Assembly (NCBI GenBank): GCA_043228905.1
Contig: JBHGNT010000013.1
Span: forward strand, 15,004,001 to 15,068,000
Origin: Azolla caroliniana
Taxonomy: Eukaryota; Plantae; Polypodiophyta
Direction of reading: 5' to 3'
Length of the DNA: 64,000 bases
In this document: positions 50,400 through 64,000 of the stretch, in pieces
How the letters are laid out: the number at the start of each line of letters is the position of its first letter
Position numbering within the stretch: position 1 is the stretch's first letter
Notes under the pieces: generated by a model
The model's input: the letters and a program-made list of their open reading frames with translations, nothing else
Databases searched by the model: none
Told to the model about the DNA's origin: nothing
Position numbers and translations under genes: made by a program

Positions 50400-52777
50400 C
50401 AGTGTTGGGCAAAGTCCCAGGAACAGTGTCAGCCTTCCGGTTGCATTGGGACTTTTGCCGGCCAAGGTGGGGGAATGCCGGAATTGATTCCGGCCAGGTT
50501 ATCCTACCAACAGGAATCTAGCCGGTTGATATTTTTTCAACCGGCTAGTTATATAGTTTTTTAAAAATATAGGTATGTATATATAACAAATATATAGATT
50601 TAACTTTCCCCCTCTTTCCCCCTCTTTCCCCCTTTCTTCCCTCTCGACTCTGCAAATAGTCACGTTTCTTGATCCCTGTTCACTATTTGCTTTCGTCTTC
50701 GTCTTCTGCTCCTTCTTCTTCTTCTTCTGCTTCATCTGCCCCTCCTGGAACAGACTACGTCACTCTCTTTCAACCTTCATATGGAAATGCTCTAACTGGA
50801 CTTGGTGCTTACACTCCAGGTATTCTCCATCATTCCCTTACAGAACTTTCTGCGGGAAATTTCCTTTGTTTTCTCTTCATCAGGTCGATTTTTTTTACTT
50901 CTCTTCTCGAATTTCTGTGTATAATTTTGTTTGTGACGTAGAACTGTGGTGACTCAGATGTGCATATCCATGCATTACATATAAGGTATATACAAAACCA
51001 TCATAAAAAAAATAGCATGCAACATAGCTAAATATAGTTCAAACTATAACCCAAGGTCCTTTGCAAACTTCAATATAGAGAGGTAATTCAGTTGTTGAGA
51101 TCTCGCTAGACTTAGTGATGACCAACTAATGGAATTGTATGATTGATTGGGTTTTGGAGGGCTTTAATTGATCTTTCAATGTTGGTTAATGACATTAAGG
51201 AAAGTAATTCCCCAAACTTTATGTATGATAGGTTCTGGCAAATGTTTCTCCCTTAGCCAGTGGAATGATGGCCAGATTCATTGACATGAAAAGACAATAA
51301 ACCCTCGCATTACATAGTCTTGTACAGAGATTAGATACACTAAATGATGCAAGAATGAATCCAATGGACAATTTGGAGGCATATTTAGAATAGTGGTGGT
51401 GATTAGTGAGGATCATAAGCATATATATGTTGAGATACATTACCCAATGCCCATAGGCATATATGACATGTTACTCCCATTAATCATGGTTTCATTATAT
51501 CTGAATTACCCAATGATAGATGGATCATCCAAACTTCCATCCACAGATTACCAAACTACCCATTAATCACTAACCATTACCCATTAGAGCTAGATAATGG
51601 AGTTCCTTTATACAAACCATTGGATACTAATCATTGATAGTAAAGGGGGAGGGAGGAGGGGGGAGGGACTTCTTTTCTCTTCATTTCTTGGGCTTACTGC
51701 TGAATGTCTTCTTGAACCACTTGAGGAGGCGAGTCGCGCCGTTGCGAGACGGCGGCTTGGGGCTAATAACATGGTGGTTATGCATCGGCACATTCGAAGA
51801 TAAGATAGACACGCTTCCGACGCTCTTGCTCCTAGCAAAGTGTCCACCAAGGGGTGAAGGTGGGCATTGAACTTGAGTAGTAGTAGTAGTAACTGTAGTA
51901 GTACCTATGAGTAGATGGATGCCTTTGTGATCTTCTCCCACGGAATGATCATTAGCATCACCAATTCCATTGCCATTGATGTGGGCATTACCATAGCCAT
52001 TGCCATTGCCAATACCATTGCCATTGTAATCCAATGCCCTCTATACAGTCCATTTCCCTTTTTTATCTTTTACTTCCTAATAGCCTAATCCTAATCTATA
52101 CATTAGTCATTACCTAATCTCTTTCAAAGCATCAAGCGTGACCCAATGGATTACTATCATGATTTAGAATGCCGATCATTAGATAACCTCCCATGATTTG
52201 TCACATAAGATTTGTTATATGTCGGTTTATGCTCGTTGTCGTGAAGAGATGAAATGCAGGATGAAGTGCAAAAGGCCCCTTTGTGAGGCTTATGCAAGCA
52301 TGTTGATGCCCCATAGGACAAAGTGATTGAAGTACACGCATGGATAAGGCTAATCATTTGTATGTTGTTGGTAACTTCAGGACATGACCCTATTGCAGTT
52401 CCATTTAGAGACTAATGAGGGGATCCCTTAACTTCACTAAATTGGATAGTAGATGACAAAGAGTACTACTACATGCGAAAAAATTATAGTTAGCTCCAAT
52501 TAATCAAATTGCTTGTCCACTAAGAAGAGAATACCTAAAGTGATCATTAAGATGACATGGGTCACATATGTTCAATTAATCGAATTGCCTGCCCATTGAG
52601 AAGAGATATACCAAAACTCATCACCAAGATGACAAGGGTTTAGGGGATGCATGTCTCTATGTTCCGGTTGACATTGTCGTTGGTAGGAATGTGGCCGGCC
52701 AAAATTTTAAAATTCCGGTTAGGTTCATGAGAAGCAGGAAAATTTCCGGTAGGGGCTACAAACTTTGCCCAACACTG
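50400..52777. mobile_element. Non-autonomous hAT DNA transposon (2378 bp)
   Basis: Perfect 16-bp TIR CAGTGTTGGGCAAAGT / ACTTTGCCCAACACTG; perfect 8-bp TSD GGTAATAG (50392-50399 and 52778-52785); CCGG-rich subterminal motifs; no transposase ORF. Confidence 0.95.
51681..52034 (-). other. Putative captured host-gene 3' fragment inside the hAT element
   Basis: 117-codon frame with GN repeats, a poly-Thr run, HFARSKSVGS and a basic end RLLKWFKKTFSSKPKK*. Locally GC-richer; no ATG start. Confidence 0.5.
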
Positions 52778-53112
52778 GGTAATAGGATTGGCTAATCAAG
52801 TCAACTAGAATATTTTGTGGGCAAGTTACAATGTACTTAGTCTTGAAGTATGCCATTGACTTCAAGATAAGTACTATCTAGCACTAGCCTATATCTAGGG
52901 AGTTGGGTCATATTAAATGACAAGTCAGTTGACAGAAAATGAATATCTCCACTACTATCAATTGACATGCACATTTAATGTTACACTCAAACCAAACAGA
53001 GAATATAATCCACTCTCTTACACAGTGGTGTATTGATCATTAGTCCCCACTAATTTTGTAGTGAGCTGGTCCAGATCCCATCTAAGCTCTAAGGTGTGAG
53101 TGCATGGGTGAA

Positions 53113-53670
53113 CTACCGTTGTGAGCTATTCTCATATGTAATAGAAGTTTTGTTTTCATATATCCATCTCTGTGGTTGTAATTCTATATACCTATCTAAT
53201 TGATTCTCAATATTTCTAACAATAACACCTTTGATACGACAAGCTAGGAGACCACATATAAAGGTGATAGAATCGGGGACCATACCGTCAATCTCCAACA
53301 TGTGAAAACAAGTTAGTGTTTCATCGAAACATCCATGTTCTATAAGCTCTATCATCATTGCATTCCATGAGACCACATATGTCGTTAGAAGCGTATAGTA
53401 AAACTTCATGTTGCAGACAATGTTGGTTGAACTTGATTCCGCACATAGTAAAGCTCTTCACCATAACCATAGTCAACATATAGACAATTTCTTGCAATCC
53501 AAGAGAATACATTTCTTGTTGGTAGTCATGCTCAACCTACCTTGGCTGGTAGTTTGAAAACTTCATGTTTGCATTTGGTTCCGCATATACTAAAGACCAT
53601 ACTCAACATATAAACAACTTCCTGCAGTCCAAGAGAATACATTTCTTGCGGGTAGTCATGCTCAACATAT
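53113..53670 (-). pseudogene. PPR gene relic with an internal duplication about 130 bp apart
   Basis: VVSWNAMM..LIEHG.FDETL.CF..L..DGMVPDSITFICGLLAC is a PLS-PPR motif. A duplicated block lies at about 53467-53536 and 53596-53666. Confidence 0.7.
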
Positions 53671-54441
53671 ACACCTTGGTTGTCCACTAGCTATTGCTTC
53701 TGAAGTATTAGTTCACAGAACACATCCAATAATTCAATAAATAGCCATATATTGCATACATATCTTGAACCATTGGAGTAAATCAATCTTCTTATTGATA
53801 TACATATTAAATGGATTCTCAATTTAAATGACATATTAATTGGTTGGCCTACAAAGCGAGAATATTAATATTCGATATATAGGATTTGATCGAGCATTAG
53901 AAATTATCGACAAAAAAAGCAAACCATTCTAGACACAATGTAGGTGTACATAAGACAATAGAACCCCTCACACAAAAGTTAGAAATTTTCATCTCGATCA
54001 TGGCATTCATTTATGGGGCCATGTCATCAATCACGTGGTATTCATCCTCAAGTGCCATGTGATTATCATTTGAACTCCATGTTGATCCTAGACATGAGCA
54101 TCGACGAAAGATGGATCTCTCAAGTTCCTAGCTGGCATCTCGAGACAAAAGAATCTCAAATGCAAATGCAAGGGGTTATGCATAAGAAAACAATGGCATT
54201 TTGCATTTTAATGATAGCTTCTATCATAGTGGGCAAACATTACTCACATGGGTCACGATATATCAACAACATATACGCTACATTGCAATTCCTTGGCAAC
54301 ATCATATACCATTGGCTTCTTAGCATCACATTCGTTGATTAGAGGTTCAATCTTGTAGCATGGATCTCACATTAGGATGGACATCGCTCATGTGTGGAGA
54401 AATGGATGTTTGATATATGTATGTAGGGAAGGCATGCAGAT

Positions 54442-54761
<320 letters not shown>

Positions 54762-55248
54762 TTATACAGATTTGTAAGAAACAATAGCAAGAACATGAAC
54801 GAGTGAAGAGTGCAAAAAAGAGAAGAAAACAGAGATTAGATGATGGATTTTGGGTTTAAACAGACTCGACATTTCTGGTTATGGCTAAGATGACAGAAAA
54901 ATGTCGCAATCCCCTGCTTTTTTTTTTCTGCAAAAGGAAGGAATTCTGTAATATTGCATTAATCATTGTATAGATGATAGATGCTGAATCCAAATTCTAT
55001 CAGGTATGCGGATTCTATCTTTAATTCCAAGAAATCAGTTGCTCAGCCTGAGTGTCGAACTTATGCAAAGTTTAGGTTATGCCATAGAAGACGAGTAAAA
55101 GCGTATTAAATTATTTCTCATTATTCCTTTTCTTTCTTCTGGGTCAATACTTGATGCAATTTATGATCTCTATGGTAGCCATTAACGATTGAATTCCTTG
55201 CTTTTTTTCAGTTGAATATAAATTGTGATAAAACCAGAAGTTCTGACG

Positions 55249-58230
55249 ATGCTACTCTTAGAGCAACAGTTTGCGTTTCAGTCAGAATGGACATCTGATC
55301 TGATGTCTATAGGTAACTATGTAAATGTCACATTAAGCTGCAAAAAGAAGAAGGATCTATTATATGCAAACTATGTGCACACCAAAATCTCTGAATTCGG
55401 TCTTGATGCTCACATGGTAGTGGGAAACTTCATTGTTCCGATGTTTGTGGAATGTGAGAATGTTTATAAAGCCCAAATGGTCTTCAATAGGCTTGAACAT
55501 AAAAAGGAGCATTCTTGGACATCCCTCATACAAGGGTTTGTTTCATCTAATGAGCCTCAGGAAGCCATCTATCTATTCCAGAAAATGCAGGAAGACCTTG
55601 TAGTCCCGAGTAGGCACACACTCGTAGCTTTGATAAAAGCTAGTTCAAAATTGAGGTGGGTTGATATAGGCCAAGGTTTGAATACAATGGTTGCAATGGG
55701 AAACTATGAAAATGATATCTTCATTGGAAATGCATTAATAGATATGTATGCGAAGTGTGGTCTCCTCACAGATGCAAAAGACATTTTCTTCGAGATGAAT
55801 GAAGTGAATGTGGTCACATGGACTGTCATGGTTGCAGCATATGCAGAAAATGGACACTATGAACAAGCCATAGATTGCTTACAACTTATGGAGCATAATG
55901 GTGTGCATGCAAATTCAGTTACCGTACTCAGCTGCTTGAAAGTGTGTTGCACTGAAGGATCCATAGCTTTGGGCAGGAAGTTGCATTTACAAACCATACT
56001 AGAAGGGTTTGAGATGGACATGTGTATTGGCAATTCTTTAGTGAACATGTATGCTAAATGTGGTCATCTTTTTGATGCATGTGAAGTTTTTGAAGAACTT
56101 CCGGTGCATGATGTAGTGTCGTGGACGACTCTTGTCACAGGTTATGCTGAGCATGGATTTTATAATGAAGCTCTTGATTGTTTTGCTCAAATTGAAATGA
56201 AAGGCCTCCATCCAAATGCTGTCACGTTTTCCTGTGGGCTGAGAGCTTGTGCCAGCTTAGGATTGTTAGACAAGGGCAAAGAAATGCACACAAAAATCAT
56301 AGAACAAGGAATACACGATTTTCTTGTAGAGAACACATTGATGGATATGTATGCTAAATGTGGAGCACTTGATGAGGCCAGAGAGATCTTCAATGAAATG
56401 TCTGGTCATGATGTTATCTCATGGAATACACTTATTGGGGGCTATGCTGAAAATGGTTTTATTGAAGATGCCCTTGCCCTTTTGTCACAAATGAGAGTAG
56501 AAGGCATGTCTCCTAATGATGCTACATTTTCTTGCATTCTAAAAGGTTGCATTAGTGTAGACGACTTAGAGGTAGGGCTGAACATGCATGGTGAAATTAT
56601 CAAAGCAGGATTTGAAACTGATTCATTTGTATGTAATACTTTAGTAAATATGTATGGAAAATGTTGCCAGCTTGAAGAAGCTCGTGCAGTTTTCTCTGAG
56701 GTCCCTGTGAAGAATATTTTTTACTGGACTACTCTGATTACAAGTTCTGTAGAACTAGGCTTGGTCGAGGACGCATTAGAATATCTTGTACAAATGAGAG
56801 TAGAAGGGATGTCACCAAATGCTGTGACACTAATAAGCATCTTAAAAGCTTATAGCATCTTACAAGATGTTGAGAGGGGACAAGAAATGCATATGAAGAT
56901 TGTGAAAATAGGGATTGAGGGTGATCCTTTGATTGGAAATACGTTGATTGATATGTATGCAAAGTGTGCATTGATGGAAGATGGTGAGAATGTGTTCAGT
57001 AACTTGACTGTTCATGACGTGATCTTATGGAACACAGTTCTTTCAGGATACATTGAACATGGGCACAGTGAGAAAGTGTTGAGTTTGATAGAAAAAATGC
57101 AGTCATATAACATTTCTCCTGATGAAATCACATTTATATATGGCCTTTCAGTTTGTGCTGACTTAAATATGATTGTGAAGGGACAAGAACTACATGCTGA
57201 AATTGCTAAAAGAGGATACCAAAGGGAATCTTCTATTTCCAGCTATCTAATAAATATGTATGCCACTTGTGGTCTGCTTGCAGAAGCACAAAATCTGTTT
57301 GAAAAATTACCATTGCACAATGATATGTCCTGGAATGCATTGATTATTGGATATGCTAAACAAGGGCATATAGATGAGGCAGTGCACTGTTTTAAAAGTA
57401 TGGAAATGGATGGATTCTCCCCTGCTGCGATCTCATGGAATGTTCTACTTGAATGTTACACTGCTCAAGGAAAAGGTGAGAAAGCCCTTGAACTGTATGT
57501 GCGGATGCAGAACCAAGGTCTTTGGCCAGATAGTGTGACTTTCTTGTGTATATTGAAGGCATGTAGCAACATGGCTTACTTGGAGATAGGGAAACGGATA
57601 CATGCACAAATTCCTGCCGTAAGCATGAATAAATCATCAATTACAACTGCCCTCATTGACATGTATGGAAAGTGTGGAAGTATGAAAGATGCTCAATATG
57701 TATTTGATGAATCACCAACGGTAGTGGGCATTCATGTGTGGACTGCGTTAATTTCAGGATACACTCGACAAGGAGAGGGAACATATGCATTTTTATTGCT
57801 CGATCAAATGATGAAGGAAGGTATACAACCAGATGAAGTTGCTTTTGTTATTGCACTCACTGCATGTAGTCAAGTAGGCCTTGTCCATTGGGGAATTAAG
57901 TGTTTTGGATATATGACGGAAGTTTGTGGTATTGCTCCGACCATTGAACACTATAGTTGCATGGTAGATCTACTTGGACGTGCTGGTCAGGTAGAGTCAG
58001 CAATATGTTTGCTTGGTAAATTACCTTACAGAGCTGATAGTGTGGCATGGAGTACAGTATTGGCTGCTTGCTGTGTTTGGGGCAATTTTGAGGCTGGTAG
58101 ACATGCCTTTGATTGTGCAGAAGAATTGACTGAAAACGAAGATGGGATGTACATCACAATGTCCAACATCTATGCTAATGCTCGTCTATGGAATGAAGCA
58201 AATGACATCATGGCAATGAGACAGAAATGA
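55249..58230 (+). CDS. PLS-class pentatricopeptide repeat protein with E domain and no DYW (organellar RNA-editing specificity factor)
   Basis: About 1000-aa uninterrupted frame of P-L-S triplets (GNALIDMYAKCG / DVVSWT.L..GYAEHG / PNAVTF), followed by PTIEHYSCMVDLLGRAG and an E domain (W.T.L.AC...G...G....YITMSNIYA..W). A possible acceptor at 55211 means the true start may lie in an upstream exon. Confidence 0.93.
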   Translation: MLLLEQQFAFQSEWTSDLMSIGNYVNVTLSCKKKKDLLYANYVHTKISEFGLDAHMVVGNFIVPMFVECENVYKAQMVFNRLEHKKEHSWTSLIQGFVSSNEPQEAIYLFQKMQEDLVVPSRHTLVALIKASSKLRWVDIGQGLNTMVAMGNYENDIFIGNALIDMYAKCGLLTDAKDIFFEMNEVNVVTWTVMVAAYAENGHYEQAIDCLQLMEHNGVHANSVTVLSCLKVCCTEGSIALGRKLHLQTILEGFEMDMCIGNSLVNMYAKCGHLFDACEVFEELPVHDVVSWTTLVTGYAEHGFYNEALDCFAQIEMKGLHPNAVTFSCGLRACASLGLLDKGKEMHTKIIEQGIHDFLVENTLMDMYAKCGALDEAREIFNEMSGHDVISWNTLIGGYAENGFIEDALALLSQMRVEGMSPNDATFSCILKGCISVDDLEVGLNMHGEIIKAGFETDSFVCNTLVNMYGKCCQLEEARAVFSEVPVKNIFYWTTLITSSVELGLVEDALEYLVQMRVEGMSPNAVTLISILKAYSILQDVERGQEMHMKIVKIGIEGDPLIGNTLIDMYAKCALMEDGENVFSNLTVHDVILWNTVLSGYIEHGHSEKVLSLIEKMQSYNISPDEITFIYGLSVCADLNMIVKGQELHAEIAKRGYQRESSISSYLINMYATCGLLAEAQNLFEKLPLHNDMSWNALIIGYAKQGHIDEAVHCFKSMEMDGFSPAAISWNVLLECYTAQGKGEKALELYVRMQNQGLWPDSVTFLCILKACSNMAYLEIGKRIHAQIPAVSMNKSSITTALIDMYGKCGSMKDAQYVFDESPTVVGIHVWTALISGYTRQGEGTYAFLLLDQMMKEGIQPDEVAFVIALTACSQVGLVHWGIKCFGYMTEVCGIAPTIEHYSCMVDLLGRAGQVESAICLLGKLPYRADSVAWSTVLAACCVWGNFEAGRHAFDCAEELTENEDGMYITMSNIYANARLWNEANDIMAMRQK

Positions 58231-58499
58231 TATCTAATGCAAAATGTAATAAACTTGATTAAACTCTAGTACAAATGAAGAAACCAAAACCATGCAATGA
58301 TGGCCTCAAACATTTGGGAATACCAAACACAAATCCAATGAATCATTGGAGAACTGCAAGCAAAGCCCAATGTGCAAGGCCATGTGCTGTGAAAGTGATT
58401 GAGTACAACCAACCTTCATGCTCATAACAAGCCAGTCTATCAAATGGACCCAGTTTGCATTACTGAGCATCCTCAAGGAGGACATGTTTGAGTGGAAAT

Positions 58500-58820
58500 A
58501 ACTTCAGAGTGGCCAAACGAATTGCACCAGAGAAATATTGCAATGAAGCAAGAAGAATGAAGTGACATATCTCTGGATCAATTCTCTGGATATGAACCTA
58601 TTCCAGTGGCAACAGGATTTCGTCATCTCAAAGGACCCGGCAAGAGAGATTTTGAAAACATTTAGGATGATTGGATGCAAAACAATGCCCACACTAGTGA
58701 AAGTTACCACCCTAAAGTCTTAAAGGGAGATGAAACTTTATGAGGACGTGGTTGGGAATCAGTTGAAACTTTGAAAGACCAAACTTGGTGAACATTGTAG
58801 GGGCAGATTGGAAGTCTTCA
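58500..58820 (+). mobile_element. Very degenerate copia RT fragment
   Basis: Q..DFVISKDPAREILKTFRMIGCK.MPT...YEDVVG resembles the copia RT motif ISQxKYAxEILKKFxMxxCK..YRSLVG. Confidence 0.45.
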
Positions 58821-61800
58821 ACAAAACCTTGGCAAAATAAGCCAGCCACAAATATGAGAATGATGTGGTATTTTAAGTTTATGCTCAAGGATGGCATTTC
58901 TTTCCGAAACCTTGGTGGCCACAAATATGAGAGTGATATGATATTCGAAGGTTAGGCTCAAGGATTGCATTTCCTTTCAGAACACTACCTCTCAAATTAT
59001 CATTCTCTAAACAATTTTTCTTACATTGGGTTAATGCTTGTCCACAATTGAAAAATGCAATGTAAATAAATAAAGTGGGATCTGATAGTGAACTACACCT
59101 ATATATGCTCTTTTGAGTATTGTACCCACTTTTAATCTCGTACGTCGGAATGCTCCGCCAAAAGCTTGATGAAATTGTTTTCATTGATAAAAACAAACAC
59201 TTATTGCATATTTTTGTGTTTTCATCTTGTTTGAGTCTCCTTGCTGAACATATCTACAAGAGCTTCACTTGATGTCCTAGGCTCATGTTGATGCATTATT
59301 AAACTCCGATACTTTAGATATTCCAAAAAAGCTAGAATGAGAGGAACATGAATTATACAATGATGCACCTACCTTGAGAAGGCATAAGAAGAACCTAAAA
59401 ATAAGAAAACCCAAGAAGAGACATGAAAATAAAAGAACAAATTTGAGGGGTCGAAAGCACAAAAAGAGACAAAAATGTGAAAACCTAAGGAAAGGCAATG
59501 GAGAAAGACCTATTTTTGAGCTTGTAAGTTTTTGGGTATTGTGTTTTTTAACGAGTATGAAATGTTCCATCTATTTACTCTCTCTTTGTACTTTCTACCT
59601 TCACTCTTTCTCTCTAGCCTTGAAAGGTAATATGTCTAAGTACATGCACACATGGTTGTTTATAGGGTGTCTTTGAAGTAGAGATTCTAAGTTGAAGCCA
59701 AAGCAACAATGCATGTTTTCTCTATAAGTTTGATCTAATCATATTTATCCTATTTATGTCCAAACCAAAGTGGAGTGTAACATGTATATTCCTAGGTGCA
59801 ACAAAGAGATATTGCATCACTTGTATGAGACAGGGGAAAGATCGAATCTTCAATCCCTTCCTAGTGTGATCAATTGCTCCATCATTTGTAATGATATAGG
59901 TCATTGTTGCTCTCGTTGCTTCAAAAACCTCCTAGATATTTGGCGTTTGCACATAACTACACATGGTGGTATGCTTGGGAGAGATGTGTGCCGGACACAT
60001 TGTAATCCTGAAGTTTAAAAAACTTTATAATATATTATCTAGAAGAGATGTTTGTAAGATTGATGATATGCGCGATCATTGGATTGTGGCTGAATCACCA
60101 CAATTACCATTTGTTACATCAATAAAAGTGTAGAGTTATTGAGCCAATGTGCAACATGTGAATGCTTGGAAGCAAGTGATATGCATAACTTTCGAAGGCT
60201 TACTTTTGGAATGTACCCAAAAACTAAATTTAAAAAAAATAATTTGATGGATGCAATGAAAATGTGTATAATTATGTTTTATTTTCTCATTTTGGATGGA
60301 ACATATTGAAAAGTAAGTTTTTTATGTGGATTAGGAAGTATGCAATTTACAATGTTTTTTAAAACATTTTTATGGAACATATGAAAAAGTAAGATTATGA
60401 TGTTATGCATAGGCATATCCAATTTATATTGTTCGTTCTCTCATAATAGGCAAAGAATGTGATGCCTATGTTTACGTGGATTTAATCTCTTGATATGTGG
60501 AGATAGTCCAAACCATAACAAGAATCTCCATCCCATTTGAAAGCCAAAGGGAGCGGAAGCTCAAGAGGGGGAACTTTCATCTAACAACTTGTGGTTATCT
60601 ATAACGAGAGTACATTAAACCACTAGACTGACAAAAGAAAAACACATATTTATGTTTCTTGAGTAAGCACGGTAATTCTCAGAGGTATCCTCATAACTAT
60701 GATAGAGAGGTGAAAGAGAGGATTTAAATTCCATTATTCCAAAATGAAACTCGTGAGAATGCCAACATTTTCTAAGAACTATGTCTCTCACACATTTACC
60801 TTGAATTGTCTGTTACATATGTTGGTGTAAATCTTTCAAGAAGCTCTAACCTTCCCCACTTTGAGTGTGAACTCACTTACAATAAGGCCTATAGTTTCCC
60901 TATATGTTTTGCATGGGCGCCATTAAAGTCCAAGCATGCATGTAAACTAGGGTTTCATTTTGAGGCCTTTATGATGGTGCAACTACAATACCAATCCAAT
61001 TTGTCGAGTTAGTTTGATAAACCATTTCACGTTATGAATGGGTCATTCACCTTCTCATAGCTTTCACAATCCAAGCATTTGTGTTTAGGGAGTCAAAACA
61101 GGCTTTATCACAATATAAAGAAGTAAACATACTTCAATGTGACATAACACTTGACATTCATAAGTCGTAGCCTGGTCAACATTTCATCCATATGTAACTT
61201 TTGATTAACACATCATCTTCAAATAAACAAAAAGATCCACATGAAATATGTGATAAGTCGTGCCATCTTGAGTTAAAATCCAAAAAAAATCTTTTACGTG
61301 ATCAAAATAATAGTGAATGCACTTTCCAACATCCATTCCATGCATGACAAAAACAATTGATGGCTATGAGATTTTTTATTTTGCAAGGCACTTATGTGTG
61401 GTATTAGATAAGAAGTTGATATTCTTGATAAGGATGAATGAAAAAGAAATTAAATTAGAACTTACCAAACCATCCGATATTTAGGAGATGGTCATCTAAT
61501 GATTCTTCTTAGACACCTTGAATTTAAGGCCCAACAAGGGTAACCCCTTTGCATTAATCGGAAAAGGAGAGTTTTTCTAAATTACCATCATGAGTGAGCA
61601 AAAGGAATCTTGTGTTGCAAATCGATTCTAATTTATCGGAATGATCATGTACGAGACATGCGTTAATAAATTCTAAATCATTTGTGTGATTACGTTGTAC
61701 ACGGCATTTAGATCAATTGGATGGGCAAAGGGACAAAATTGAAGCATCATGAATCAAACACCAATTACATAGAGGGTGGTCGAGCACAACCACACCAAAG

Positions 61801-62477
61801 AGATTACAAAATTCGAAGATAGCAAAACATACTGGATAATGTATGGCAATTGAGGTCGGGCAACCCAAAAAACACGAGTTGATTGATAGAATGAGGGTCC
61901 AAAGAGACGACTTAAAAATATATGTATGGGGCACCATGCTACTGGATGTCAATGCGGGGGAGGGGGAGTGCACGAAACTTGACGAGACCACGAAGAGAAC
62001 GCAAATGACATACATAAGATGATGGAAGGTGGCATCATCATATCGAATGTCGGTGCGATGGATGGATGGATGGAGAACTCGGGGGGTGGATAAGATGATA
62101 GGTGAACAGGATCAAAGACATTCATGATGGAAACACAAGGTGGTGGATGACGGATGGATCGAACATGGCAGGCGCCAACATGACGAGCAGGCGAGGGAGG
62201 ATCGGGCAGGCAGGTAGGCATGAACGAGATGGGCGGGCGAGCATGAATGAGATGTCCGGGTGGACATTATGCTCTCTCCTCTTGGGGACCCACCCATCCA
62301 CACACCAGACACACCATACAAATTGCTTTTTTTTTTTGTTTAGTGTCTGTCTGGTCTAGTCTTGGTCTCTGTTGGTGGGTCTGGTCTGGTCTGGTCTGGT
62401 CTTTTTCTGAATGAATAAATAAGAGAGAAGAAGAAGAAGAAGAAGAAAAAAGAAAAGAAAGCCACGTTGGTTTCGTG

Positions 62478-62509
<32 letters not shown>

Positions 62510-62798
62510 TAGGGTTTGCTTTGCTCTGCGCCAACTCTGCATGCTCTCTCTCTCTCTAGAGCCTCTCTGCGTTTGCCCTGCTTCTTTCTTTATCTGGATT
62601 TTTTGATACGATTTCTTCTCCTCTCTTCTCTTCTCTTCCAAGCTTTTTATCCGATCCTTTCTCTTCCCCTAATTATATTCTTTCCTCCCTTCTCCGCGTT
62701 ATAAACATTAGGGTTTCGATAATCATATCCTTCTCTCCTCTGTTTACGGCCCTATCTATCCTTGTGCTTTTTTGTGTGCTTTCTGTTCGTTGATATAG

Positions 62799-62990
62799 AT
62801 GATGCAGAAAACGATCATGGCAGGAGGACTTGCATATAGTTCTCCGCTGCATAATAGTATCGAGCTTCAAGATATGGGTAGTGTAGGACTAATTAGCGGT
62901 TCATGGTGGGAGACTAATTCGAGTGCATGGCAAGAAGGTGTGTTTTACACTCTGTGTGGGGCTTACTCTCTCATCGCTGCAGTCACTTTG
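62799..62990 (+). CDS. First coding exon of a TOM1/TOM3-like (tobamovirus multiplication, DUF1084) membrane protein; gene continues beyond the window
   Basis: SWWETNSSAWQEGVFYTLCGAYSLIAAVTL|GTATGT matches the TOM1-family N-terminus and its first intron position. CT-rich 5' UTR upstream. Confidence 0.8.
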
Positions 62991-64000
62991 GTATGTGATC
63001 GAAATGGCATCTCTTATGATATAATTCCCTGTGTTTCTTCTTGTCTTGATGCCGTCTTGCTTTCTGCCGATGCGCTTATCTCTTGTCTATGGAATTTGAC
63101 TCCTTATTGATATTGTGACATTCTTCATGGATTGTCTTGTTCCTTGCTGTTTTTCTTGATCTACTGGTATTGCACCTTTGTGTTAAATGTTTCGTCTTTG
63201 GAAATCTCGATCGCTTTTTTTATATCATGTCATTAAACTAAAACTCCTTCGCTAGGGTTGAAGATGTAAATATTAGGTTTGGATTGGCCTGTGTATGGCT
63301 ATTGTTAGGGTTGAACGAATGCAGGATTAGTTTAGAGTGGTCTCTAATGGCTATTTGTTAAGAGCTATCTGAAACGGATTTTTAGATTAGTCCCTGTAGC
63401 CATCGAATGATGCATTCTATTTGTTGGATTGATATCTGTGTGACCATTTGTTTTTGCCATTGCCCAGAATCGTGACTTGCCTCTCATATAGGCAATGGCT
63501 AGATATGAAAGACGGGTTTTCCAATCTTAAATATGTCAAAGCCATTTTTTTATTTGACCGATTGGTTGAAAGAAGGAATTTCGGATTGATCTATGCTCTA
63601 GGTTCTTTGAATATTTTGTAACATGCTATGGCCTTTCAGAACTTTTATGCACTTGTTTATGGCAATGATATGTAGCAGGCATAGATATTGTTGTCATTGA
63701 TAGTTATGGTGAATAGTGACCATAGTAATGGCTATTAGAACTTACCAGAGTAAAGGGAAAAACTTGAAATACAGTGTAGTAATTGCCTTTGAAAAAATAA
63801 CAGAAATTCAGGCCTATTTAAGGAAATAAAGAAAAACTGGGGGTTACTTTGGAAATTTCCCAGATTAAAATTATGGCAAATTTGGATATTTTGCATATGT
63901 GGCATATCAGTTTTTTCTATTTCCTGAAGATGTTTTGGTAGATGCATGATTGAAATGCCTTCACGTTGAATCTGTTCTGTTTTGCATTGCCTTAATTTCA

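Noticed and set aside
59720-60200. Possible second hAT transposase relic (minus strand, CPAH-like motif)
   Set aside because: Similarity is too weak and fragmented to support without a profile search.

Overview
Land-plant nuclear DNA. The style of the PLS-PPR, BELL and TOM1 genes and the microsatellite-rich UTRs suggests a fern or other seed-free plant (inference). 1-8.5 kb holds a decayed but readable two-gene DNA-transposon-like unit. On the minus strand is a six-exon gene encoding a ParB/Srx-like domain fused to a bacterial/phage-type beta-class amino-(N6A/N4C) DNA methyltransferase; its first intron holds ten 25-bp palindromes at an exact 51-bp period. Divergent from it on the plus strand is a Sola/DUF7869-like DDD transposase ending in a BAH/Tudor-like module. 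8.5-26.7 kb is a nest of Ty1/copia LTR retrotransposons: one young with an intact ORF, several decayed, and a solo LTR inside an LTR. 27-33 kb holds LINE and transposase debris. 33-64 kb is host gene space: a BEL1-like homeodomain gene, a Nudix hydrolase 14-like gene, a non-autonomous hAT carrying a putative captured gene fragment, a PPR relic, a PLS-E PPR gene and the first exon of a TOM1/TOM3-like gene. All coordinates and splice models were read by eye; no database searches were run.
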